A stretch of 64,000 nt of DNA from the human T2T-CHM13v2.0 reference genome, Homo sapiens (GCA_009914755.4 CP086569.2:5792001-5856000), one strand, 5' to 3'. Shown: positions 13,445-27,631, numbered from the stretch's first letter. Translations and numbers: made by a program. The notes: generated by a model not told the origin, from the letters alone.

Positions 13445-13741
13445 TTAGGGACAATTAGGTCTTCTTGTTGAATTGAACTCTTTACCATTATGTAATTCCT
13501 TTCTTTGTCCTTTTTGATTTTTGTTGGTTTCAAGTCTGTTTTGTCTGAAATTAGGATTGCAACTCCTGGGTTTTTTTCCATTTGCTTCATAGATTTTTCT
13601 TCGTCCCTTTATTTTGAGCTTATGTTTGTCACTGCATGTGAAATGGGTCTTGTGAAGACAGCATAGTATTGGGTTCTCTTTCTTTATCCAGCTTGACACT
13701 CTGTACCTTTTATTTGGGGCTTTTAGCCCATTTACATTCAA
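13445..13741 (-). pseudogene. L1 ORF2 endonuclease-domain fragment within the minus-strand L1
   Basis: ORF-track peptide MNVNGLKAPNKRYRVSSWIKKENPILCCLHKTHFTCSDKHKLKIKGRRKIY.. matches the L1 ORF2 N-terminus (LNINGLNSPIKRHRLASWIK..CCIQETHLT.. [13 protein letters not shown]). Confidence 0.7.
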
Positions 13742-16452
13742 GATTATTATTGATATATGTTTATTTGATCATGTTACAATGTTATTAGGTGATTGTTATG
13801 CAGACTTGTTTATGTGGTTGCTTTAAATCACTGGTTTGTGTACTTAAGTGTGTATTTCAGTGACTGGTAACAATCTTTCTTTCTCATATTTAGTGTTTCT
13901 TTCAGGAACACTTGTAAGGTCTAGTGGTAACTAATATCCTCAGCATTTGTTTGTCTGAAAATAATCTAATTACTCCTTCACTTATGAATCTTAGTTTGGC
14001 CAGATATAAAATTCTTGGTAGGAATTTCTTTTCTATAAGAATGTTGAATATAGGACTCTAAGCTCTTCTGGCTTGTAGGTTTTCTGCTTTGAGGTCTGCT
14101 GTTAGTCTAATGGGCTTCCCTTGGTAGGTGACTTGCCCTTTTCTCTAGCTGCCTGTAACATTATTTTTTATTTTTGACCCTGAAGAATATGATGGTTATG
14201 TATCTTAGGGACAATCTTCGTGTGAAGTATCTTACAGGGGTTCTCTGCATTTCTTGAATTTAACTATTTACCTTACTAGCTAATCTGGGGAAGTACTCAT
14301 GGATGATATTCTGAAATATGTTTTACTAGTTACTTTCATTCTCCCCTTCTCTTTCAGGGATGCCAATGGGTCATAAATTCAATCTCTTAATTCCATGTTT
14401 CTTGGAGATTTTGTTTGTTTCTTGTCATTTTTTAAATTCTTGTCTGACTGTCTTATTTCACAAAGCCAATCCTCAGGTTTGGAGATTCTTTTCAAAGCTT
14501 GGTCTATTTTTCTATTAATATGTGTGATTGCATTATGAAATTCTTGTAGTGTGTTTTTCAGCTTGATCAGTTCAGTTACTTTTCTATACCAGCTACTTTG
14601 TTTGTCAGCTGCTGTATCATTTTACTGTGATTCTTAGCTTCCTTAGGTTGGGTTTCAACATATTCCTAGATCTTGATCTTCATTCCTATGCACATTCTGA
14701 ATGCTATTTCTGTCATATCAGCCAACTCAGCCTGGTTAAGAATTCTTGCTGGAGAAATAGTATGGACATTTAAAGGAAAGAATGCATTCTGGCTTTTTGA
14801 GTTGTCAGAGTTCTTGTGCTTGTTCTTTCTCATCTGTGTGGGCTGGTATTCCTTCAATCTTTGAGGTTATTGTCTTTGGGAATTTTTTCCTTTTATCCTA
14901 TTTGATATCCTTTAGGGTTTGATTATGATATAACGTAGGTTTAGTCTCCTGGCTTCATTTCTTGAAGGTTTTAGGGGAGCAAGGCTCAGCTCAGGACTCC
15001 TTGACTGCATCCTCTAACTCTGGGAGAATGGCATCAAGCCCTGGCTTTGTTCTCTGTCTTCTCTAGGTTAGGAACCTGAGTGCTAGAGAGGCCAATGTGC
15101 TTTCAGACTGATGGTCATGACAGTCCAATGTGTGGTGCCAGCCAAAGTACTTTATATGGCAGTGGTAGTGGGATCCATCCTTGTCACACATGCCAGCAGT
15201 AGCAGCAGTGGGAACATGGTGGGGTGCATATTCGTTGGCTGTGGCAGGGTGTTAGCAGGTGTTTAGGTGCCAACCTCCAAGCAGATGTTCACAGCAGCAG
15301 TGGTGGCAGCACAGCTAGAGTGAATGCCAGGCTAGTGTCATGGGCAAGGCCAGCAGACTTAGGGGTGCTCAGGTTGGATGGGCTTCTTCTCATGGGCAAG
15401 ACTGGCATGCAGAGTTTAGGTTCCACAGTTCCCCTAGGACTAACATCTCCTATGGAGTCAAGTTGAGCCTAGGGAGATGGCCATCCCTGACCATGCTTCT
15501 CTACAGACACTCACACCAAACCCTCTGGACTCTACACTGGCTGGAATTCTGCCCCTACCATAACTCTTAGCAGCTCTCTCTGTCAACTCAAGTGTCCATG
15601 GTGGTTGAGGAGTCTCCTTCTGCCAGTATTCCAGAGACCCGTGGTGAGAACAGGTTGTTGATTGCTTGTTCAACTCACCCTTTTCCTCAGGGTTCTTAGG
15701 GGCTAGGAACAAGCCCTGATGCACAGTAGACCCGTGCAAGGTTCCTAGCTTCCTCCCCTTTCAGCCCAGCATCTGTGTTTTTGCTCCATCCACTGTCAAT
15801 GCCTTCTCTGTGAAGATCTACTGAGAGTGTGCCAGTCTTCCTGAAGTCCCATTTTTTTGGTGGGAGATGTTTATCCTGGCTGCATCTAATCAGCCATCTT
15901 ACCTCCTTCTCTGATTCCAGTTTTAAATGAAATTCTACTACGGGTAAAATTCAGTGAAAAAGCATCACTTGTTATGGAGAAAACTTTTATGAAAGGGAGA
16001 GTCAATTGATGCAGCAAATTTTAGTGTTGTTTTAAGAAATTGCCATGGCCAACCCCAACTTTCAGTAATCACAACCCAGATCAGTCAGCAGCCAACAATA
16101 TCAAGGCAAGACCCTCAATCGGCAAAAAGATTCTGACTCACTGATGGCTCCAATGATTGTTAGCATTTTTCAGCAATAAAATATTTTTAATAAAGGTATA
16201 TGCATTTTTTTGGACATAATGCTATTTCACACTTAATATAGTATAGTGCGAACAGAACTTTTATATTACTACCAAAATTTGAATGACTTGTTTTATGGAG
16301 GTGCTCTGGACCCAAACTATTTCTGAGGTATACCTGTTTTTCTTATCTCAATGCACTGCACCTTCCATGGGAAAAATTATAAACTATGAGATCATCCTTG
16401 ACCACCTCCCACTTCCTCTTTCTTCCTCTCCAATATACCACTAATTCTGTAG

Positions 16453-16864
<412 letters not shown>

Positions 16865-19306
16865 TTACTACATTATTCTTATGAGTGATGTAATGCATCT
16901 AAGCATCTACCCTTTTCCCTTATCAATCTATGCTCTCCTCTGCATCCAGAAAGAGTGTTACAAATACAAATGTTATCAAGTCACTCAGTTGTTTGAAAAC
17001 TTGGAATGACTTCCCAATTCTCTTAGGAAAACAAAAGAGCTCGACATTAGTCTGTAGATACTATAAGTTTTAGCCCTTACATCTCCTTGTACGACTCTCT
17101 CTTTTGTTCTCTGTGCTCCTGTCATGCTGGGTTTCTTTCAGTTTTTTTTTTTTTTTAAATATATGCCCCAGGGCCTTCACATTTGCTTTTTTCCCTACCT
17201 ATAAATCTCCTAAGCAGTCCCTCTCTCACTACCATACAACCCTACCCTACCTAATCATTAATTCCTCATTGAAATCTTTCTTAACTTTTCTGACTAGATT
17301 AGATCCCTTTATTGTACAATTTCATATTAATATGTACTTCTCCTTCATGGCACATAACACAGATTATGTTAGTTTTCTTTGTGTAATTATTTGGTTAATA
17401 TTTATCTCCCCAACTATCTGCTATGGGTCATGAAACCAGAGGCAGCGACTATTTTTCCCACTATTTCTACCCAATTACCTACTTCAGTGACTGGCATGTA
17501 GTACATCTTCAGTAAATCTAAATAAATTAATAAAAGAAACAAAGAGAGTGAAAGAAGTAATACACACACACACATAAAAAGAGAAAGAGAATTCTGTACG
17601 TGTTCTTGTATTTGTGTAACATATTTAATATTGATTGTCCCTGTCCTAGGATTTATGTGATAACTTATTTGAAAAAGACAAGATTTTAGAGTTTTTCCAG
17701 AGACACAATGCTGAGAGCAATGCTGTCCAGTGGAACATCCTGCAATGATGGCACTGTTCTTTATTGGTACTGACAATAGAGTAGCTACTACTTACATGTG
17801 GTTGTTAAGCAACTGAAATGCAGCCAGTGTGACTGAGAAAGTAAATTTTTAATCTTATTTTATTTTGACTATTTTCTATTTAAGTAAATACATGTGTCTG
17901 TGTTGCATGGAGCGGATATAGAGATCAATTTTAAGCAGGATAAATTCATAAAGAAGCCTAGTATGTCCCTGGTAGAAGTTAAATTATCTTCCAAGCCCTC
18001 AGATTTTTCACCTTCCACTAATTAAACAAAATATTATGAAATCCTAAAGTTTCCCAGAGTTGGCCATTGGATTTCAGAGGAAGGGTAAGGTGAAAGCCAA
18101 GTGATTGAGGATAGGTACTTTCCACTGCTTTCTACTCCTACACTTTCAAAAAAGAGCAGAATTTTGTGTATTTGGTAAATTAATTTTTCACTTAACTTAT
18201 TTGCATAAAGATCTGTACCACTTGAAAATTTTGAAAACCACTACCTTGTATAACAGATTGTACCCATATTCAGAAAGCAGTACACGATATGTTTCCAGTA
18301 TGTGGCTGTACATATTTATAGGAAGGGAAAGTTGCTATTCATGCAGAATGATAGGAGAGGCACAAGATGGTCTCTCTACCTCTGTTTTTTCTCTCTCACC
18401 CACCTACCATAGTACAAATGAATATATGTACATAGAATATGAAAGATGTACAAAACAGGTCTAGAAATTATCTTGTCAAAACTTGTCCCATAACAATGAA
18501 TTCCTAACAGAATACCTGACAAAAGCAAATTAACTGTTTTAGAGCAGAGACTGGAATAGAGAAGTCAGTGTAGTTGAGTAACCCAATTTTCCTAAGAGAA
18601 AGATAAGAAGTTATTTTAAAATTATTATTATTATTTTGTTTCTCTTTCCTTCATTCCTCTTGTTCTCGGCTTTCCACTTAGCTCTTTAGAAACACAATTA
18701 TAATCTTTACCTTCCCTTTACCAGACACTCCCTATACAGCAAGCTTATTTATATGCTTATTTAGAAGCTCCAGAGCCAGAACTCTCTCCCAGCAGGAGAT
18801 TTCCTTGAGACAACAGTCAATTTACAACCTAAATTATGCTCACGATGAAACTCTCTCTCACCTGGAAAGCATCTTGCGACATCAGCCACTTTACAACCTC
18901 ACTCTGCCCATAATGGCACCAGCTCAACCACCTGGTAGATAACTCCAAGTCATGTAACTCCCACACCTGCTCACTCTCTTCTCTGCATGCCTTTTAGTGA
19001 AAGCTGCCCTTTAAAACTCCTTTTTTCTGCCCCTAAAGTAAAGCAATTCCCTTAAAGGCAGGAGCCTGTACCTCTTCCCCTGTGCTAAGCTTTGAAACAG
19101 TCACTTCCTTTATACCAGACCTTGCTCTTGTTAATTGAACTCTGCAAGTGGTGAGTGACTGAACTTGCATTTCAGTTACAGCAGTAATGACTGTAATGTT
19201 TTATAAATACATACCAATAGTGGACCAAGTTGCCAGAGACAATTGGAGTTAAGGAGCTAAGGCAGAATAAGTTGGTTGTGGCAGATAGAGGCCAAACATT
19301 CAAAGC

Positions 19307-19326
19307 AAAAAAAAAAAAAAAAAAAA
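19307..19326 (+). repeat. poly(A) tract, 20 nt
   Basis: caaagc(a)20 ctaaagc. No recognisable SINE or LINE body upstream. Confidence 0.8.
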
Positions 19327-22300
19327 CTAAAGCAGTAACTGCAGTAACTCATGCTGAAACACAGAGGAGCAATTAGAAAGGCCACAGCTGACAACCAGGC
19401 AAACAAATTAGTGGTTAGCAGGTAGTCAGGAAGCTGAGATTCATTACAATAAAGACTAAAAGATCAGATAACAGTCAGTTTTACTAGAGAGGTGAGTGCT
19501 TCTGAAAATCATGCTGGCTATTGCCCTACTGTTAAAGAATGTAACTAATGTAACTGACCTCCTTTTATAACCTTCTTAGTAGTGGTTCTCATTTTTTAAG
19601 AAGTCTGTGTTTTCCCTATGGCCTTGAGTATGCTTGCTGTCTTAACAGTCATTCAACTTTTTCCTGAGCATTTACAGTAAATGGAAAAGGAAATGAAGAA
19701 GATTGAACACCTGTTACTTGCCTGAAAGTGTAGCAGAAGAGAGCTAACCAGATAGCTAAATAAACACTCTCATGGGATATTAATCAACAATTTGATATAT
19801 AAATAAGTACCCTTACTAATAAGATTTTACAAGTAGGAAGCTCAAAAAAGTGAGGTAAAGAATCCAAGTTTACATAGCTAGTTTGAAGTGGTGAAATGTA
19901 TCAACTCAAGACTTTTATTATCCCCTATGCCCTTTTTTATGTATTTTATGGACTACTAAGACTCCTCTCAGTATGTGAGGCTGAAAACTAATCTCTGATT
20001 AGTCCAGATTTTGACAAAAATATGGCCAGTACTCTAGAACTAAGTTATTATTTTCAGAGGATCTCTTTTAGAATGTATGATTCCTGGGAGGAATTAATTA
20101 AACCGTACAACACACTGCAATACAATTTTTTTTAATCAGATAAGTCGTGGGAGGCCAAGACTCCAGGGAATCAGAACAAAGGGTAGGATCATAATGGGGG
20201 CAATGGGGGTTATAGTGAGAAGTATTGGAAGGCATAGGGGGTAAAGAAGTAAAAACATTAATAGAGGCCAATTTTTAGAGAAAACAGGATAAATCGACTT
20301 TTTAATAGGCAATCTTTATTATACTGTTTGATTTTTTTTAACAGCCAGGAGAAAGTTCCAGCTAAAATATTTCACCTGTGGCCATATTGATTATTTTGCA
20401 ATAGCCTATCATTTCTTACCATATTTTTAAAAGCTATGCCTTGTGGTTATTAAGAGGTGATTCTACAATACTTTTCTGAGTGATAGCTTTCATCTGACAA
20501 TGCATCATATTTAATGAGTAGTAAAACTGTAATTCAGTCTTTGATCACTGTCAACAAACAACTTGGGTTGGCAAGGAGCTATTAAGTGTATGCTGCATTG
20601 ACAATTTATTTTCTTTTAGGCTATTTTATAGTAAAAAAAAATCACCTGGTATAAAGTGTTGTGTTAATTGTTTATAACTAACTAGTAGAATTTGACTGCA
20701 GAGTTAATCTTAGGCAATAATTTCTTCAACTACCAGTGGAATTTTGCACTCAAAGTTGTTAAAGATTTCTTTCATTCAAATCCCTGAAGTGTGGTGCAGT
20801 TCTAGTCATTGTAAAGATTTTTTCAGGAGATGGGAGAAAGATCTAATAAGGTCATTTTTCACAGTGTTATACTGAGAGTTGTCTTGGATGGAATGGCTCT
20901 GCAGTTCATCAGTTTTGATATTTATATTCAGTACCTCTGAGTAGTTAAAGATCAATGACACCATAAAATGCATTTATCTCATACATACTTTAAAACATCT
21001 CACAACAAAGCATTTAGAGAACTGTGTCAAAAACATGACTAGATCTTGTAACTTACAAAAAGGGACACATTTTGCCTTTTTATATTTTCCATTTTTAAAA
21101 TTTTTTTAAAGAGTGTGTTTATTACAAAGATATTTTAGGAGCAAAGATAAAAAAATGTATTCCAAAAATGAGCCTGTACATTCTAGGACTTCTGATATTG
21201 TGACTAAAGTGAGATATATTCTATTAACCTTTTCCAAATAGGATTGTACTTGTTTATAAATGATGTCCAGCATTTGGTCCCAAATGCAAATTTTAACTTC
21301 ATAATCATATAAAAAACTTGAACTGATATATCAAACCCACATACTATCTAACTTTTAAATGTATATCTATTTTTATTTCATAATCACAATAACAGTAAAA
21401 TGCAATATTTCTCTGACTTCTTATAATAATTTCCCCCTATCCTTCTACAAGAATTCAGGGAGTTTCCAGACCCTTTCTCTTGTGGGCTTATGCGTAGGAG
21501 ATTCTTATGTTATCTTCTCTCAGTGTCAGCATCAGTATGTCACATGCTCCTTAAATCTGGGTTTCTGTAGTGACATGTTCTGCTACTTCACTGTGCCTGA
21601 GAAATGATGTGCTATGATCCAATGATAATTATATTGCATCGGCTCAGTTGTCCTGCACACTTTATGATAAGCTTGTGAAACAGAGCTGTCTTCTGTTTTT
21701 TGTTTCTTTTGTATATTTCCATGATGATGATCTATGTTAGTTACTCACTTCTAAATGAGTAAAAATAAAAGGCAGTACAACACAGTGGTTAACAATATGG
21801 ACTCTGACACTTCAGTACTTGGGTTTGATTGTCAACTCTACTACTACTAGCTATGTAGCATTCAAAAAACTACTTGATTCCCCTTTGCCACCATAGCCTT
21901 ATTTACTAAATGTGGGTAATGACAATCAGATCTGCCGCATAGGATGGTTTATGAAAATTAAAAGATTTAATGTGCATAAACTACTTAATGCATGACACAT
22001 AATAAACATTATATCAATGTATTATTATTATTATTGCTGATTCCTCTCTTTAAGGTACCATTATGAGTACAGGGTGACTAAGCCCTATGTGACACCTAAA
22101 ACTTAAGAGTTTGGTTGATACAATTAAGCAAAAACTATTAGGCAGAAAGTCTCAGCAACAAGGACTATCCAATCTGTTGTATAGAATTCCGAATTCCAAC
22201 AACCATTTTTGTTTTAAAGATATGTGTCATTATTATTTGACATGGAGATAAAATAGACTTCTACCCAAGATGATGAATTATGAAGAATATGTCAAATCAA

Positions 22301-25300
22301 TAAAAATGCAGAATAAATAATTGTTAGATATAGTTATGACAACTGTCAGTATGAAGGATTAAAAAAGGAGCACATCAGGAATTAGGATGTCAAATAACAT
22401 TAATGATGTAGCTTAAATAGAAAATCCTGTTTTTAAGACATTACTCTGTAAGAAGCACCAAGATGGCTGAGTAGAAGCAGATGGTGTGTGCTGTTCTCAT
22501 GGGGAAAAGACAGAGTGGTGAGTAAACACTACCTCTTCAAGTGATAATCCAGGAAGCCTCATTGGGATTCATAAAAAAAGCAATGGTGCCACATGAACAC
22601 CAGTAAAAACTGAGGCAGGACAGCTGCCTACCTGGGATTGGTGCAGAGCCAGGGGAGGCTCCCTACCATGAGAAAAGGGTGAGTGAGGGAGAACCCTTGG
22701 GGACTCAAATTTATGCCACAAACCTTTGAGGTTATGGGCACTGAAGATCCCCATTGGCACCCCCAGGCTTATAGTCCAACACAGAGAGCTTCCTGGTGTC
22801 TCGGCAGAGCCACAGCTCAAGCTCATGTTCAGCCCCATTAGTGTGGTTTCCTTGTGCCAGCTTTCATAGCCCTGCCAACAAGGGAGGCCAGGCTCTCTCA
22901 CACATCCCTAAGATAGGGGCCATATTCATGATGGTGAGGAGCAGAGAGACCACAAACCCCACCTCTGCTGTATCTCATCAGGCAAGGTCCATTGGCTGGG
23001 GTCCACAGAACAACCACCCGACCCCTGTCTGAGCACTCCAGCTGGTTGTGGCCCTGCATTTCTCTGAAATACAGCTACCGGAAGTAACTTACAGGTCTGC
23101 TGCAATTGCTATGGTTGTGGACCCCACCCCTGCTGCTCTCAGGCTGGGGAGGCAGCAAAGAATCCAAGAAATATAGTGGGCCTCCAGCAAGCCACAGCTG
23201 CCCTATGAAAAGGTATCCAGATTGTTTTCCACATCTGACCCTGCTTCTGCTGCTCCTCACTGGGCAGAGCCTCCTGGCTTTGGCCCACAGTGCAGCCACC
23301 TCACACCTGCTTAATCACATCGGTCCATGGCAGCTCTGTATTTCTCCAGGATGGAGCTCCCAGAGACAACTGACAGACCCTCTGCCATTGCTGCCACCAT
23401 TGCTCCCCCCAGGCTAGGAGGAAACAAAGAGCCTGATTGTTTTCACATGCCTACAGTATGCCACAGCCATTTTATGTAGAAGAGTTTAGATTGCCTTTAA
23501 TGTGAACTGAGCACCCTGTTCTTTGTCAGGCAGTCCTCCACTCCCCACCCTCAGCTTGGGTCTGCAGTACAGCAGCCCCACTCCTGGCTGATCATCACAA
23601 TCAGCAATGGCTCTGCATTTCTCTGGGGTGGAGTTCCCAGAGGCAACTAACAGCCCCTCTTCCACTGCTGCCACTGTATACCCTGCCTTGCTGCCCTAGT
23701 GATGGAAAGGGAACAATTCACCTGATTGCTGTGTTTATATCTCCAGCATGCCATAGCCGCCCTACAGAGGGAAGGCCAGACTGTCTTCCCTGTTAGTCCC
23801 TGCCCCCACTGCTCTTTACAAGGCAGGGCTCCCTAGCATGGGTCATAGCACACCTGCCACATCCCCAGCTGTTTACTAATCAGCCATGGTTTTTCATTTA
23901 GCTGAGGTGGAATACCCAGAGTCAACTGACAGGCCCTCTGCCATTGCTGCTGCCATGGTCCCCACCCCTGCTGCCTCCAAGCTGAGGAGGGAAGAAAAAA
24001 CTTCACCACACTCCAGGGTGGCAGTGCACAGCTTGGGAGTGGTGAACGGAGATCTGTGACCAGCACTCTGAAAGGAGAGGAGTTTACACTCCCAGAGCAC
24101 TGAGAGGGGTAAGTTGCATGGGCTCATGGGCTGTCACAGGTGGGGAGAATGCCTGCCTCCACAAAGCCAGCCCAGAAAATGTGAGGCCTGTTTCCCTCCT
24201 GCCTGCTGCCTCTGCCTGAGGAAGCCCCATGAACCAAAAGAGCTAAGAAAAGAGAAACTGACACAGTGCCAGTGATATGAGGAAGCTCCCCTAAGGTCCA
24301 GATGTATAGCTAATGAGGTCATCTCTCTCTCTGTTGCAACACAGAGCACAGCTACAAACGCCAGGAAACACAAAGAAGCCAGTGGCTTAGTAAGAGCCTA
24401 CCTACTGCCAGTACTCTTAAGAACCATCTACTGCATCTCAGCCCAATGTAAAACACCAAAACTACTAAGCTAATATACCCCCCTATGGAACCAAGGGCAG
24501 TAATTCAGTCACAAAAAAAGAAAGACTCTACACAGAGCATTGGCTTTCTGAAACCATCTACAAACAAAGCTAACTGACTATATTCAACTTATAACCACAA
24601 TTAAAAGAACATCAACCCTTCCAGATGAGAAATAATTAGCACAAGAACCCTGGCAATTCAAAAACCGAAGTGTCTATGTACCTCCAAGGGAGTCCACTAG
24701 TCTCCAACAATGAATCTTAAGTTGGAAATAATAGATATAGAATTCAGAATCTTTATGGCAAGGAAGTGCATTGAGTTGCAAGAGAAAGTTGAAACTCAAT
24801 CCAAGGAATCCAGTAAGATGATCCAAGAGCTGAAATACAATATAGCTATTTTTAGAAATAACCAAACTAAACTTTTAGAGCTGAAAAACTCACTACAAGA
24901 ATTTCATACTTCTATGTAAAGTATTAACAGCAGAATAGACCATGCTGAGCATAGAATTTCAGAACATGAAAAATGGTTCTGTAAATCAACTCAGTCAGAC
25001 AAAAATGAAGAAAAAAAATTGTTAAAAAATGAACAAAACGTCCAATAAATAATGGGGTTATGTAAAGAGACCAAGTGTTTGACTTATTGGCATTCCTAGG
25101 AGAGAGAAGAAGGGGGAAAATAACTTGGAAAATATATTTGAGGATATAGTCCATGAACATTTCTCTACTCTCACTAGAGAGATGGACATTCAAATCCAAG
25201 AAATAGAAAGAATTTCAGCTAGATATTTTACAAGATGACCAACCACTAAGGCACATAGTCATCAGATTCAACAAGCTCAACGCAAAATAAAAAAGGCTTA

Positions 25301-26093
25301 AAGGAAGCTAGAGAGAAGGATAAAGTCATATACACAGCAAACTCATTCAGCTAGCAGCAGACATCTCAGCAGAAACATTATAAACATAAGTGATTGCAGA
25401 CCTATTTTCAGGATCCTTAAAGAAAAGAAATTCCAAGCAAGAATTCATATTCTTCAAAACTAAGATTCATAAGTAAAGGAGGAATAAATTCTTCTCAGAC
25501 AGACAAATACTAAGGGAATTTATTCCAACCAGACCAGCCTTACAAGAGGTTCTTGAGAGAGTGCTACACATGGAACCAAAGGGGGAATAAAAGGCTAGCA
25601 CAAAAACATACCTAAGTACAAAGATCACAGACACTATAAAATAATCACACAAACAAGTCTACAGAATAACCAGCTTACAACATGATGACAGAATCAAAAT
25701 CTTACATATCAATACTAACCCTGAATGTAAATGGGCTAAATGCCCCCACATAAAAGACATGGAGTAGCAAACTGGAAAAAAAGATAAGACCTAACTATCT
25801 ACAGTCTACAAGAGACCCAGCTCACATGCAGTGAAACACACAAGCTCAAAGTAAAGAGACGAAGAAAGATCTATCATGCAAGTGGAAAACAACAACAAAA
25901 AGTAGGAGTTGATATTCTTGAAGAAGGGCATACATAATAATACAGAGTACCAACAAGAAAACTTAACTATTCTAAATATGTAGGCACCTAAATAAATATG
26001 CACTCACATTTATAAAACAAGTTCTTCTTGGCCTATGAGAAGACTTAGAAAACCACACAATAATAGTGGGAGATTTCAAAACCCCAAAGAGAA

Positions 26094-26447
26094 TTGAGGG
26101 AGAAAACTGTCAAAGAAACATTAGAGTTAAACAGTACACTTGACCAAATGGACATGATACACGTCTACAGAACACTACATCAAACAACCACAGAGTATAC
26201 ATTATTTTCACCTGCACACGGAACAAATTCTAAGACAACCACATGCTTGATCATAAAGCATGTCTCAACAAATTCGAAACAGTTGAAATCATACCAGTTA
26301 ACAACCTCAGGCAACAATGCAATAAAAATACAAATGAATATCAAGAAAATCTCTCAAAACCACACAAATAATTTGGAAATTGAACAACTTGCTCCTAAAT
26401 TACTCCTGGGTGGACATCAAATTTACGTCAGAAATAAAAATAATTGA
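26094..26447 (+). pseudogene. L1 ORF2 endonuclease-region fragment of the old plus-strand L1
   Basis: Peptide ...[46 protein letters not shown] matches L1 ORF2 ([33 protein letters not shown]). Confidence 0.6.
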
Positions 26448-27473
26448 AATTAATGAAAATAGGGACACAACTTACCAAAAATGGAAACATTTTTCTTGAA
26501 AAGTTGAACAAGGCAAGGATGTCCACTCTCACTCCTCCTATTTAACATAGTACTGAAAGCCCCAGCTTTCTCTTAGGCAAGAGAAAGAAATAAAAAAAAT
26601 CTAAATAGGAAAAGAATAAGTCAAGCTATTTTTCCTGACATTATGATTCCATACCTAGAAAATACTAAAGACTCCACAGAAAGGCAACCAAATCTGGAAA
26701 ATAATTTTGATAATGTTTCAGAGTACAAAAAAGTCACTGTACAAAAATCAGTGGCATTTTTATAGACCAAAATGTCTAGGGTGTGACCCAAATCAAGAAC
26801 ACAATCCCACTTACAATAGCTACAAAGAAAATGAAATATCTAGGTATACAACTAACCAAGAAAGTGAAAGATCTCTCCCAGGAGAACTAAAAAACGTTGC
26901 TGAAAGAAATCAGAGACATCACAAATAAATTAAAAAAAAATTCTGTGCTCATGGATTGGAAGAATCAATATAATAAAAATGGCCATACTGCCCAAAGCAA
27001 TTTACAAATTCACTGCTAGTCCTATCAAACTACCAATGTCATTCTTCACAGAATTAGAAAAAAAACTATTCTAAACATTATATGGAACTTAAAAAAGAAC
27101 CCAAGTAGCCTAAGCAAAAAGAACACAGCCAGACACATCATACAAACTGAGTTCAAACTATATTATAAGGCTACAGTAAAACAAAACACCATGATATTTG
27201 TCAGGCCTCTGAGCCTAAGCTAAGCCATCATAACTCCTGTGACCTGCACTTACACATCCAGATGGCCGGTTCCTGCCTTAACTGATGACATTCCACCACA
27301 AAAGAAGTGAAAATGTCCTGTTCCTGTCTTAACTGATGACATTGTCTTGTGAAATTCCTTCTCCTGGCTCATTCTGGCTCAAAAGCTCCACTACTGAGCA
27401 CCTTGTGACCCCCACTCTGCCTGCCAGAGAACAACCCCGTTTGACTGTAATTTTCCTTTACCTACCCAAATCC

Positions 27474-27480
27474 TATAAAA
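27474..27480 (+). promoter_or_regulatory. TATA box (tataaaa) of the HERV-H 5' LTR. A matching tataaa lies in the 3' LTR at 32745-32750.
   Basis: aaatcctataaaacaacccc in the U3 region. This is the canonical position of the LTR7 TATA. Activity cannot be judged from sequence. Confidence 0.4.
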
Positions 27481-27610
27481 CAACCCCACCCCTATCTTCC
27501 TTCGCTGACTCTCTTTTCGGACTCAGCCCACCTGCACCCAGGTGAAATAGACAGCTTTATTGGTCACACAAAGCCTGTTTGGTGGTCTCTTCACATGGAC
27601 GTGCATGAAA

Positions 27611-27631
27611 TTTAGTGCTATGACTCAGATC
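27611..27631 (+). other. HERV-H primer-binding site (tRNA-His type), CpG-decayed
   Basis: tttagtgctatgactcagatc immediately 3' of the LTR end. Compare TTGGTGCCGTGACTCGGATC. Confidence 0.6.

Larger units (their letters stand above)
6539..15911 (-). mobile_element. Full-length older primate L1 (L1PA-old/L1PB-like), minus orientation. About 5.5 kb of L1 sequence plus four nested insertions.
   Basis: Poly-T at 6539-6565 is the poly-A tail on the minus strand. Antisense ORF2 3' region lies at 6590-7240 and 8020-8640. ORF2 middle lies at 9051-9703. Endonuclease/ORF2 N-terminus lies at 12000-12386 and 12854-13750. ORF1 antisense lies at about 13750-14870. Tandem-repeat-rich 5'UTR ends ...ctgcatctaatcagccatcttacctccttctc at 15911. 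Degenerate TSD ttgactccag (6529-6538) versus tgattccag (15912-15920). Confidence 0.8.
4592..16336 (+). mobile_element. Tigger1 (pogo/Tc1-mariner superfamily DNA transposon). Essentially full-length (about 2.37 kb of Tigger sequence) but split by a 9.4-kb L1 insertion.
   Basis: 5' terminus caggaatatcttattttattgcac... (consensus CAGGCATAACTCGGTTTATCGCGG...) preceded by TA. Internal sequence ccctataatggcctctaagtgttcaagtgaaatgaagag.. encodes the pogo-like transposase N-terminus. Left arm ends ...gagaattgactccag at 6538. Right arm resumes ttttaaatgaaattctactacgggtaaaat at 15921, which is contiguous in the Tigger1 consensus. 3' terminus ...tctgaggtatacctg at 16336. Confidence 0.8.

Noticed and set aside
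17480-17530. Possible MIR-like tail (..cagtgactggcatgtagtacatcttcagtaaatctaaataaatt..)
   Set aside because: Too short and too diverged to call with confidence. Left unannotated.
17104-18464. 109-120-aa ORFs at 17104-17433 (+), 17414-17776 (-) and 18105-18464 (+)
   Set aside because: Low-complexity, hydrophobic/AT-codon-rich translations in AT-rich unique DNA. No start-context, splice-signal or homology support visible. They are consistent with chance ORFs.
22569-23417. 103-110-aa ORFs in the 22.5-23.4-kb region
   Set aside because: They fall in the tandem-repeat-rich 5'UTR of the old plus-strand L1. Repeats of about 250 bp generate stop-poor frames. Not coding.
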